Source: Lentisphaeria bacterium
GTDB lineage: Bacteria; Verrucomicrobiota; Lentisphaeria; JABSQK01; JAWLHB01
Length of the DNA stretch: 20,000 nucleotides
Direction of reading: 5' to 3'
Assembly: GCA_041690595.1 (NCBI GenBank)
Contig: JAWLHB010000041.1
Location: 55,409 to 75,408, forward strand
Made by a program: the position numbers and the translations under genes. Positions 1 to 7,892 of the stretch are shown here, one piece after another. A model generated the notes under the pieces. The model saw only the letters and a list, made by a program, of their open reading frames with translations. It did no database searches and was not told where the DNA came from. Positions within the stretch are counted from its first letter, which is position 1. Every line of letters starts with the position of its first letter.

Positions 1-95
1 GCCAGGGCCACCGAACTTGCACCACCACCTCGACGGCGTATCTTGACAGCCGAACAAGCCGCCACGATCCGTCGTTTACAGTGAGGAACTCCCAC

Positions 96-1385
96 ATGAA
101 TACCCGTGCCGCCGCCCAGGCTGCCTATGCCGCTTCCATCCCCCTCGGAGCCATGCCCACCGCGCGCAAGAACCAGGCGCTCGAAGCCATCGCCGCCGCC
201 CTCCTTGCCAACAGCAACTCCATCCTCGACGCCAATCGCCGCGATCTGAACGAAAGCGCCGAGCTCGCCGCTCCCCTCCTCAAGCGCCTCAAATTTGACG
301 ATAAGAAGCTCGCCGACGTCGTCGCCGGCATTCGCAGCCTCGTCGCCCTCGCCGATCCCGTCGGCGAAACCCTCGCCGCCACCGAACTCGATGCCGGACT
401 CGAGCTCTACAAGGTCGCCTGTCCCATCGGCGTGATCGGCGTCATCTTCGAATCCCGCCCCGATGCTCTCGTACAGATCTCGTCCCTCTGCCTGAAGAGC
501 GGCAACGCCGTCCTGCTCAAGGGGGGCAGCGAAGCCACCCACACGAATCGCGAACTGGCCCGCGTCATCATCGACGCCAGCCGTGACGCCGGCATGCCCG
601 ACGGATGGATGCACCTTCTCGAAACCCGCGCCGAAGTCGGCGAAATGCTCAAGCTCGACGACTACATCGACCTCATGATCCCACGCGGATCCAACGAGTT
701 TGTCCGCTACATCATGGAAAACTCCAACATCCCTGTACTCGGTCACGCCGACGGCATCTGCCACGTCTATGTGGACGCGGCCGCCGATCTGCACATGGCC
801 GTCGACCTCACCGCCGACTCCAAGTGCCAGTACGTTGCCGTATGCAACGCCGCCGAAACGCTCCTCGTCCACGCCGCCGTCGCGCCCGCCTTCCTTCCCC
901 TCCTCGCCGCCAGGCTGGAGCCCCTCCATGTCGAACTCCGCGGTTGCGAACGCACCTGCGCCATCATCGACGCCACCCCGGCCACCGACGACGACTGGGC
1001 CACCGAATACCTCGACTACACGCTCGCCATCCGCGTCGTCGATGACCTCGACGCCGCCATCGCGCACATCAACACCTATGGCTCCGGCCACACCGATGTC
1101 ATCGTCACCGGTGACCGCAAGACCGCCGACCTCTTCATGAACATGGTCGACTCCGGCAACGTCTTCTGGAACTGCAGCTCACGCTTCAGCGACGGCTTCC
1201 GCTATGGCCTTGGCGCCGAGGTCGGCATCAGCACCAACAAGATCCACGCACGCGGACCGGTCGGTCTCGAAGGACTCCTCATCTACAAATGGAAGATGAA
1301 GGGTTCCGGACAGACCGTCGCGCCCTATGCCGACGGCCAGAAGTCCTTCACCCATCGTCCATTGCCGAAGTCCTTCGAGATCTGA
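96..1385 (+). CDS. proA: Gamma-glutamyl phosphate reductase (glutamate-5-semialdehyde dehydrogenase)
   Basis: Motifs PIGVIGVIFESRP, KSGNAVLLKGGSEA, IPRGS, catalytic VCNAAETLLVH and SRFSDGFRYGLGAEVGISTNKIHARGPVGLEGL. ATG at 96 is preceded by GAGGA (83-87), so it is preferred over the GTG at 81. Confidence 0.96.
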   Translation: MNTRAAAQAAYAASIPLGAMPTARKNQALEAIAAALLANSNSILDANRRDLNESAELAAPLLKRLKFDDKKLADVVAGIRSLVALADPVGETLAATELDAGLELYKVACPIGVIGVIFESRPDALVQISSLCLKSGNAVLLKGGSEATHTNRELARVIIDASRDAGMPDGWMHLLETRAEVGEMLKLDDYIDLMIPRGSNEFVRYIMENSNIPVLGHADGICHVYVDAAADLHMAVDLTADSKCQYVAVCNAAETLLVHAAVAPAFLPLLAARLEPLHVELRGCERTCAIIDATPATDDDWATEYLDYTLAIRVVDDLDAAIAHINTYGSGHTDVIVTGDRKTADLFMNMVDSGNVFWNCSSRFSDGFRYGLGAEVGISTNKIHARGPVGLEGLLIYKWKMKGSGQTVAPYADGQKSFTHRPLPKSFEI

Positions 1386-1396
1386 CGACAGACGCC

Positions 1397-2434
1397 TTAC
1401 GGTATGATCAGACCCTTGATCGCCTGCAGCGATTCGATGGCGTCGAAGACCGTCTCCCACCGCTCCAGCGGCTCACGATGCGTGATCAGCTTGTCTGCCG
1501 GCACCTGGCCGCTGGCGATCAGTGCGATCGTCCGGTCCCACGACTCATATTCCGTCGACAGATTGAAGACCACCGTCGCCACCTTGAAGGCGAACTTGTC
1601 CCAAGGCAGCGTCACTTCCTTGTTGCCGGTCAAGCCGATCACGCAGATCTTTCCGCGCTTCCGCACCAGGTCGCACGTCATCGGAATGGCCCGCGGCGAA
1701 CCGCTGCATTCCACCACGACATCCGCCCCAAGTCCGCCCGTCAGGTCGAGCACGGCGTCCACCGGGTTGCCGTCGGCTACATTGATCAGGTTGGTGAATC
1801 CCAACTCCCGCGCCTTGGCAAAGCGCAGGTCGACATCGCCCGGTGTGCCGATGATGGCCACATCCCGCGCCCCGCAGGCCCTGGCGACCAGAGCACACAT
1901 CAGGCCGATGGGACCCGGCCCTTGGATAACCACGAAATCGCCCGCCTGCATCTCCGTTCGCAGCACCAGGTCCGTCACGGCATTGGCGGTCGGCTCTACC
2001 ACCGCAGCCTGGTCCCAGCTCATCGACGCCGGAATCTTGTGCAGCAGGTGCTCGGGATAGTTGATGTACTCCGTCATCCCGCCGTCGATTCCCCAGCCCG
2101 GCGAGCGTTTCTCCGCGCAGATCTGCACGTTGCCCCGCCGGCACAGGTAGCAATGGCCGCAAGCCTGCGTGTGCGGCTCCACCACCACCCGGTCGCCGAT
2201 CTGATGATGATGAACCCCAGGCCCGATCTCCACGATCTCACCCGCCAGCTCGTGCCCCAGAATCACCGGCGGCCAATAGGGGAAACTATCATGCTTCACG
2301 TGAATATCCGTGCCGCAGATCCCGCACGCCGCGATCTTGATCTTCACCTGGTCCTGACCCGGTGCGGGTGGCTCTGCCACCTCGCGAAGTTCAAGATGAC
2401 CGACGCCTCTTTGCGTCTTTACCAAAGCTTTCAT
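1397..2434 (-). CDS. Zinc-dependent medium-chain dehydrogenase (sorbitol/threonine dehydrogenase-like); substrate unknown
   Basis: CGICGTD and GHE catalytic Zn motifs, structural Zn CGHCYLC-x7-C, Rossmann motif GPGPIG, and AGAGGA upstream of the ATG. Confidence 0.92.
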   Translation of the reverse strand: MKALVKTQRGVGHLELREVAEPPAPGQDQVKIKIAACGICGTDIHVKHDSFPYWPPVILGHELAGEIVEIGPGVHHHQIGDRVVVEPHTQACGHCYLCRRGNVQICAEKRSPGWGIDGGMTEYINYPEHLLHKIPASMSWDQAAVVEPTANAVTDLVLRTEMQAGDFVVIQGPGPIGLMCALVARACGARDVAIIGTPGDVDLRFAKARELGFTNLINVADGNPVDAVLDLTGGLGADVVVECSGSPRAIPMTCDLVRKRGKICVIGLTGNKEVTLPWDKFAFKVATVVFNLSTEYESWDRTIALIASGQVPADKLITHREPLERWETVFDAIESLQAIKGLIIP

Positions 2435-2474
2435 CGATTATGCATCCTCTGAGTTGTGTACCTGTTGTGCCCCA

Positions 2475-2480
2475 ACTATA
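2475..2480 (-). promoter_or_regulatory. Candidate -10 hexamer (TATAGT) for the MDR dehydrogenase gene
   Basis: TATAGT on the minus strand about 40 nt upstream of the ATG at 2434. No convincing -35 element. Confidence 0.35.
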
Positions 2481-2517
2481 GCCGACTATTCGCCCCGACG
2501 CCAGACGAAGCCCACCG

Positions 2518-3876
2518 TCAACCTTCCACCTGGAAGCGCAGAACGTGAACCGGTGATGGTGCCATATCCGCCGGCAGCGTTACCGTCACCCGATCCCCAT
2601 CGCGGCTCCAGGTAACCGGGCGCCCTCCAGCGAGGAGGACCATCGGCGAACCATCCGCCGGCAGGCATCCCTGCCATGTCGCGCTCGTCATCGGCGACTC
2701 GTCGTCGGTCAGGATCAGCGCATACGCGGCGCTCCCCTTGCGCGTGAAGCAGACGTTGCCGTTGCGGTATGGCGCGATCGGGCGGCTCCCGTGAATCGCC
2801 TCCCCATTCGACTCCATCCAGGCCGCCAGTTCCTTCAGCCGCGCGATCGGCTCCGCGTCGAAGGTGCCCGCCGGCGAAGGGCCAATATTCAGCAGGAGAT
2901 TGCCCCCCTTCGCCACGATATCCGTCAGCATGTGAAGCAGTGTGCGGGTGCTCTTGTAGGTATCGTTTGGCCGGTATGCCCAGCCGTTACCCATGGTCAT
3001 GCACGACTCCCACGCGTGCCCAAGCGGCTCGTCCGGCACTTGCTGTTCCGGCGTCAGAATGTTCTCGTAAGGACCGCCCACCGTGCGATCCGCCATGATC
3101 AGGCCCGGCTGATGCCGCCGCCCCATCGCCGCCATCGTCGCCATCCGGATATCCTGATCCGGGGGCCGCACCTGCCCGCCATCCAGCCAGAGCGCATCCA
3201 GCGGACCATAGCCCGTCATCAGCTCCTCAACCTGTGCATGCACGAAGTCGATGAAGCGCCGCCAGCGTTCCGGATGAGCGTGCGTGTCATAATTCGGATG
3301 CCGATCCGGGGCCGGACGATCTGGCGACCAGTACCACGGGCTGTGCCAATCCGACTTCGAAAAGTAGCACGAGATGGCGAAATCCCGCTCCCGGAAGGCA
3401 TCGAAGACCTCTCGTACAATGTTGGCCCGAGGATGGGTGTGAAAGGGACACGACGGATGCGTGATCCGATAATCCGTCGTCCGCGTGTCGAACATGCAGA
3501 ACCCATCGTGGTGCTTGGTTGTGAAAGCCAGGTACTTCATGCCCGCCGCTTTCGCCAGATCCGCCCAGGGCTCCGGCGCGAACTCCGTCGGGTTGAACGT
3601 CCTGTTCAGCGCCCAGTAGTCGCGGCGAAAGCGCGCCAGATCGTCATCCCGCTCGCGCCAGGCGGCAAGATCATCCGGCCGCGCCCAGAGATCGGCAGCC
3701 ACCAAAGGCCACGACTCGATGCACCCCCACTGACTGTACGGCCCCCAGTGGATGAAAAGTCCGAACTTCAGATCCTGAAACCACTCCAGCCGATCCCACA
3801 GCCACGCCGGATACTCCCCGGTGCCCAGATCCGCCGCACCCTCACCCTCGATGATATCTGCCCGTGTCGCGCTCAT
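2518..3876 (-). CDS. Alpha-L-fucosidase, GH29; no obvious signal peptide
   Basis: WFQDLKFGLFIHWG, AGMKY, TTKHHDGF, nucleophile motif LWLDG, WESCMTM and KGGNLLLNIGP. The start at 3876 has AGGAG upstream, so the ORF extension to 4059 is unlikely. Confidence 0.93.
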   Translation of the reverse strand: MSATRADIIEGEGAADLGTGEYPAWLWDRLEWFQDLKFGLFIHWGPYSQWGCIESWPLVAADLWARPDDLAAWRERDDDLARFRRDYWALNRTFNPTEFAPEPWADLAKAAGMKYLAFTTKHHDGFCMFDTRTTDYRITHPSCPFHTHPRANIVREVFDAFRERDFAISCYFSKSDWHSPWYWSPDRPAPDRHPNYDTHAHPERWRRFIDFVHAQVEELMTGYGPLDALWLDGGQVRPPDQDIRMATMAAMGRRHQPGLIMADRTVGGPYENILTPEQQVPDEPLGHAWESCMTMGNGWAYRPNDTYKSTRTLLHMLTDIVAKGGNLLLNIGPSPAGTFDAEPIARLKELAAWMESNGEAIHGSRPIAPYRNGNVCFTRKGSAAYALILTDDESPMTSATWQGCLPADGSPMVLLAGGRPVTWSRDGDRVTVTLPADMAPSPVHVLRFQVEG

Positions 3877-4096
3877 GCCCTGCTCCTGTTGGAAGAATGA
3901 CCCATGGTTCGCATACCTTGCCAGCATCCTTGACGCCTGCAAGCCACTACACGGCACTTTCGCCTCCCACTCACTGTACGTTTTTCTCCGCTTCTTGCCG
4001 CGAAGCGTTTGGAAAGGCCCCGTGACGCGACTATCTTCAGCCTGGAGCTTGGAGCGCACCCACGCTGTCTATCCCATGATCTGGAAGGGGGCTGCC

Positions 4097-4957
4097 ATGA
4101 AATTTCGCGCGGATCCGCTGAGTTTCTTCCGTAACCGCCTTGAGCCGATGGCCCTGTACGCCCGCCGCCATTGGCTGGGCGATGATGTTGGCCACCTGAT
4201 GAACAGGATGGCACAACAGGTCGAAGAGACCCAATTCCCCGACGGCAGCTGGGATCGATCCGTGGCCCGCACCATCGAACAGATGTTCACCTTGTGGCTT
4301 CTGCGTGGCGGCTGGCCCACCCGCGCCATGCGCCGCGGACTCGACTGGTTGATGGAAACCGAGGAACCGCCCATGGTCTGCACCTGCAATGACGGCGGCA
4401 GGTACGACGGCATGCTCTTTCGCTTGAGCAAGGAAGACCGGGCCGCCTTGCGCAAGATGGACAACACCCCCTTTACCTCAGGGTGTGGAGGCTTCGTCAA
4501 GACCGGCGCCGCCATGTTCTTCTGCGGTGTCCTCAATTGCCATGATCGCCCCCAGCTCAAGGCGATACATGACTCGCTGCTCCACACCGCCGCCGTGCGC
4601 GATGGCCGCCTCTGCAGCGGCAGCTGCGCCAGCAATATCATCCAGGGCATGGTCGTCCTACCCTGGATGCGTCAGGGCGCCGCCATGCAACGCGTCATCG
4701 CCTACCTTTTCTCCTGTCAGCGATCTTCCGGCAAATGGGATGACGCTATCCCCTTCTACCAGACACTCTTTGCCCTCAGCCAACTCGAGTCGCCAATCGC
4801 CCGCCAACAGGTACAGAGATCACTCGCCTGCCTCGAACACACGCAGAACGCCGATGGATCGTGGGGCCGCAACCGCCAACTCATCTGCTCCTTCCTGGCC
4901 ACCGCCGCCATGCTTCAAGCCAGCATCCTTTCCAGCGAAAGACAGCCAAATTCATAG
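4097..4957 (+). CDS. Prenyltransferase/squalene-cyclase (QW) repeat protein, predicted alpha/alpha barrel; function unknown
   Basis: Three QW-like motifs: QFPDGSW, QRSSGKW and QNADGSW. ATG at 4097 follows GGAAGGGGG. Confidence 0.75.
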   Translation: MKFRADPLSFFRNRLEPMALYARRHWLGDDVGHLMNRMAQQVEETQFPDGSWDRSVARTIEQMFTLWLLRGGWPTRAMRRGLDWLMETEEPPMVCTCNDGGRYDGMLFRLSKEDRAALRKMDNTPFTSGCGGFVKTGAAMFFCGVLNCHDRPQLKAIHDSLLHTAAVRDGRLCSGSCASNIIQGMVVLPWMRQGAAMQRVIAYLFSCQRSSGKWDDAIPFYQTLFALSQLESPIARQQVQRSLACLEHTQNADGSWGRNRQLICSFLATAAMLQASILSSERQPNS

Positions 4958-4985
4958 TTGCCCATGGTCGCGCAGCCGGTCTGAC

Positions 4986-5603
4986 TCATGACTGCTCCTC
5001 AACTCCCCGCTGGGCTGACTTCTCAACTCCCAATCGCCCGGTCAGTGCGGCTCCGGCCGCCATCACGAAGAGCAGAAGCTGGATCACCTGACCGAGAATG
5101 GGCAGGTAACCTGCCAGCAGTATCACCGTACCACCAAGCAGAACCGACGCCAGCACCGATCCCAGAAAGCGGGAACTCATGCTCGCCAGCATCCGGTCTC
5201 CCACGTCGTACGCGATCATGCTGCCGCCGCGAACCAGCAGCACCGCCGCCAGGCAGAGCGTCACAATCACCAGCAATCCCTGAACCGGCTCGGGAATGTT
5301 GGCGGCCAACGCTATCATGCCGACCAGAATCGCCAGACTCAACAGCCCCGCGATGGCGCAATGCAGCGGGCGATTGCGCACATGAGCACTACCATGCCGC
5401 ACCTGCGCTGGGCGCCACATCGAGTACAGCGCCAGAATCGCCACCAGACCTGCCGAAAAGCAGGTCACGATCAGGATCAGCGACACGAGCCGCGCCACCT
5501 GTTCAACTGGCTGCAGCCCCACCGCCGGGGCGCCATTCGCCTGGCAAAGCGTCAACAACATCAGCGCGAGCATCGTCCACCGGCAGCGAGAAAGGTTACG
5601 CAT
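4986..5603 (-). CDS. Multi-pass membrane protein, last gene of the ECF operon
   Basis: About 6 hydrophobic segments and the motif YLPILG..GA. The start overlaps the anti-sigma stop (ATGCGTAA), with AAAGGA upstream. Alternative start at 5612. Confidence 0.8.
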   Translation of the reverse strand: MRNLSRCRWTMLALMLLTLCQANGAPAVGLQPVEQVARLVSLILIVTCFSAGLVAILALYSMWRPAQVRHGSAHVRNRPLHCAIAGLLSLAILVGMIALAANIPEPVQGLLVIVTLCLAAVLLVRGGSMIAYDVGDRMLASMSSRFLGSVLASVLLGGTVILLAGYLPILGQVIQLLLFVMAAGAALTGRLGVEKSAQRGVEEQS

Positions 5604-6138
5604 GGGAATCATCCTTTTGGTAATAGAGAACCAGACATTGAAGAATCAGCGCCACGGCCGCGGCGCCTGCCAAAGTCACCAGTGTCAGCCCCAGGGGCGC
5701 CGCCAGATCCCCGGCATTTGCCACCACCCCCATGGCCGTCGCTGAAAGCTCCCGCGGCCAGAGCGATTGCAGCCATTCCCCGCCGCTCACCGCGACCGCC
5801 GACGCGCTGCCTGCGATGGCCGCAAGCCCCACGCGCAGCACGACCAGCGCCAGCACCTGAACCCCCAGAACGGCCAGCAGCAATGGCACCGCCCGGCTGC
5901 GCCCGCACTCGGACTCCCCAGACGGCGACAGGCGCGCCATCACCCCCTCCGCAAGCTCCGGCGGGGCATCCACCCGCAGCGCCTCATCAAAGAGTTCACG
6001 CATGCTTTCCAACTCCTGCTGGCAGCTTCGGCACGCCGCGCACGTGCCCAGGTGCATGTCGACCTCATGCCGGTCAGCGGCAAGCAGGCTTTCATCGTCA
6101 AGCAGCCGATCCTGTACGTCCAGGCATGACAAACTCAT
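5596..6138 (-). CDS. Zinc-finger (ZAS, HxxxCxxC) anti-sigma factor with C-terminal TM helices
   Basis: N-terminal C-x(n)-HLGTCAAC motif followed by hydrophobic helices. ATGA overlap with the sigma factor stop codon (6135-6138). Confidence 0.85.
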   Translation of the reverse strand: MSLSCLDVQDRLLDDESLLAADRHEVDMHLGTCAACRSCQQELESMRELFDEALRVDAPPELAEGVMARLSPSGESECGRSRAVPLLLAVLGVQVLALVVLRVGLAAIAGSASAVAVSGGEWLQSLWPRELSATAMGVVANAGDLAAPLGLTLVTLAGAAAVALILQCLVLYYQKDDSHA

Positions 6139-6710
6139 GTAACGCTTCTCCATTGACGGGCGCCGGTCGCCAGAAGGCGCTTCCGGGCTCGATGTAAGGC
6201 GACTTTGACCGCGGTTTCGCTCATGCGAAGGATCTCGGCGATCTCGCGGCAGGAGCATCCGGATAGATAGAAGAGCGAGCACACCTCCCGCGGGGTCTCC
6301 GGCAGCTCGGCGATCAAGGCATGAACTGCCTCGTTGCGTTCGTGGCGCAGCAGCCGAGTCCGCGGAGTGGCACCCGGATCGGCGAGCTGATCCAGCAGGG
6401 CGTCGCCGCCATCGCCCTGTGGTTCCCGGCGTCGGCGCACCAGCAGCGTGCGCGCGCAATTGGCGGCAATCGTCAGCAAGTAGGGTTTCAGCGGCCGTCG
6501 CGGATCGTATTGCTCGAGGTTACGGTGAAAGCGTATGAAGGCTTCCTGAGCGGCGTCGGCGGCGTCACTGGGGCGGCGGGTGATGCCCAGGGCGCAGCCG
6601 TAGACTTGACCCTGGTAGCGGCGCACCAGTTCCCGGAAGGCGTTCTCATCGCCGATGCCGGTGCGCTGCACCAGGTCACTGTCATTCAGATTTTCCATTG
6701 GAATGCTCAT
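6135..6710 (-). CDS. ECF-family RNA polymerase sigma factor
   Basis: Region 2: GDENAFRELVRRY, DAADAAQEAF, YLLTIAAN. Region 4: LPETPREV..GCSCREIAEIL..TAVKVALHRARKRL. Start at 6710 or 6698. Confidence 0.93.
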   Translation of the reverse strand: MSIPMENLNDSDLVQRTGIGDENAFRELVRRYQGQVYGCALGITRRPSDAADAAQEAFIRFHRNLEQYDPRRPLKPYLLTIAANCARTLLVRRRREPQGDGGDALLDQLADPGATPRTRLLRHERNEAVHALIAELPETPREVCSLFYLSGCSCREIAEILRMSETAVKVALHRARKRLLATGARQWRSVT

Positions 6711-6742
6711 GATCTTCAGCCCGCCGCCGACCGGCTCTCCAC

Positions 6743-7648
6743 TCAGCGGTTCGCCTGATCGCCGGCCGCAAGGTGCCGCACGATCTCGGCGCCGTTCAGC
6801 TTGACCGTCAGAGTGGCAGTTCTCTCCGCGGAGTCTGCCGTGGCATGGCGCAAGGCGTTCTGGATCAACGGTTTGGCCGCCAGCATCGGATCCGTCGCCT
6901 TGTAGTGGCACAGGCCCTTCGCCAGATTGACCAGCGCTTCCGCCTGCACCTCGTTCATCGCCAGGACCTCTAGCGTGGCAGTGACTTCATCACCGACCTC
7001 CGCGGTTAGCCATACCTCCTCCACACCGTAACCGGCATCCTTTCCGAAGTCCGGCCAGCGGGTGATCTCTCCCAGCACCGTCCCAATCACTGTCGCCGAG
7101 CTATCCGCCAGTTGCGTCAACTGTGGATGATCCGACGAAAAAAGCAGTTGACGATCGCCCAGTGCCGCCAGATAGCGCTCCACCAGTTCGCGATCCCCCA
7201 CCACCAGGGTCTGCTGGTCCAGCAGCATGGCCGCCTGCTTCCGCGGCTTCTTGGCATCGTTATAGTGGACCGCAAAGAGCGTCTCCGCTTGCTCAACCTT
7301 CTGCACGGTCGGCAGCCGCCCGAGCCCGTTCGACAGCTGCGTCGCCGAGAAGCTGCCCTCCAGTATCGCGATACCGCGATCTTTCTCCGACGACAGAAAC
7401 CAAACGCGCCGCACCGCGTCCGGATCCAGGCCGACCATATCCACCATGAACGACTGGAAGCTCTCTACTCGGCTTCCATGCTGCGCCAGCAGCTCCATCC
7501 CCAGCCGGCTCTCGCGCAGCTGCTCGAGATCGATCCGGCCGATGAGCACCGTATCTTTCGGAATACGGCTCAGCACATCATCCTCGGCAAGCAGCGGCAA
7601 CGTCCAATTCAGCACCAGAAAAAGCAAACCGATTTTCATCGCGTTCAT
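6743..7648 (-). CDS. Exported protein of unknown function, first gene of the ECF operon
   Basis: Sec-type signal peptide (MKIGLLFLVLNWTLPLLA|EDD). GGAG lies 9 nt upstream of the ATG at 7648, and the gap to the sigma gene is only 32 nt. Confidence 0.8.
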   Translation of the reverse strand: MNAMKIGLLFLVLNWTLPLLAEDDVLSRIPKDTVLIGRIDLEQLRESRLGMELLAQHGSRVESFQSFMVDMVGLDPDAVRRVWFLSSEKDRGIAILEGSFSATQLSNGLGRLPTVQKVEQAETLFAVHYNDAKKPRKQAAMLLDQQTLVVGDRELVERYLAALGDRQLLFSSDHPQLTQLADSSATVIGTVLGEITRWPDFGKDAGYGVEEVWLTAEVGDEVTATLEVLAMNEVQAEALVNLAKGLCHYKATDPMLAAKPLIQNALRHATADSAERTATLTVKLNGAEIVRHLAAGDQANR

Positions 7649-7737
7649 GATCAGGTTCTCCAGATTCAAGGAAGGGTAGGGTAGATCTATACTTCTCGCT
7701 AGGCTGCCTGCATGCTCGGCAGCACGTTCATCCTCTA

Positions 7738-7765
7738 CTATCGACGTATACCCCCCGAGGTTACA
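7738..7765 (-). promoter_or_regulatory. Candidate ECF sigma promoter TGTAAC-N16-CGATAG
   Basis: The minus strand reads TGTAAC ctcggggggtatacgt CGATAG about 90 nt upstream of the operon. This fits the AAC(-35)/CG(A/T)(-10) ECF pattern. Confidence 0.55.
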
Positions 7766-7892
7766 TGCGGCGACAAGAATTGCGGCTTCCCGATTACGCC
7801 TTCTTCATGGTATCGAACTTGCGCTCAGGCTCCCTTACCTCTATCTGTTAAGGAGACTCCTGAAACGCTAATTACCACAGGCTTCGCCCTCC

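Noticed and set aside
43..68. TTGACA as a -35 for proA
   Set aside because: The only -10-like hexamer (CACGAT) is 14 nt away, which is too short a spacing.
1..95. Possible 3' end of proB upstream of proA
   Set aside because: No frame resembles a ProB C-terminus, and there is too little sequence to call.
1289..2452. 387-aa plus-strand ORF
   Set aside because: Antisense shadow of the MDR dehydrogenase with no recognisable motifs; such shadows are common in GC-rich DNA.
2791..3900. 369-aa plus-strand ORF
   Set aside because: Antisense to the GH29 gene; Arg-rich and not protein-like.
7851..7871. AAGGAG followed by CTG-AAA-CGC-TAA upstream of the GH13 gene
   Set aside because: A non-standard start and only three codons; cannot be supported as a leader peptide or an N-terminal extension.
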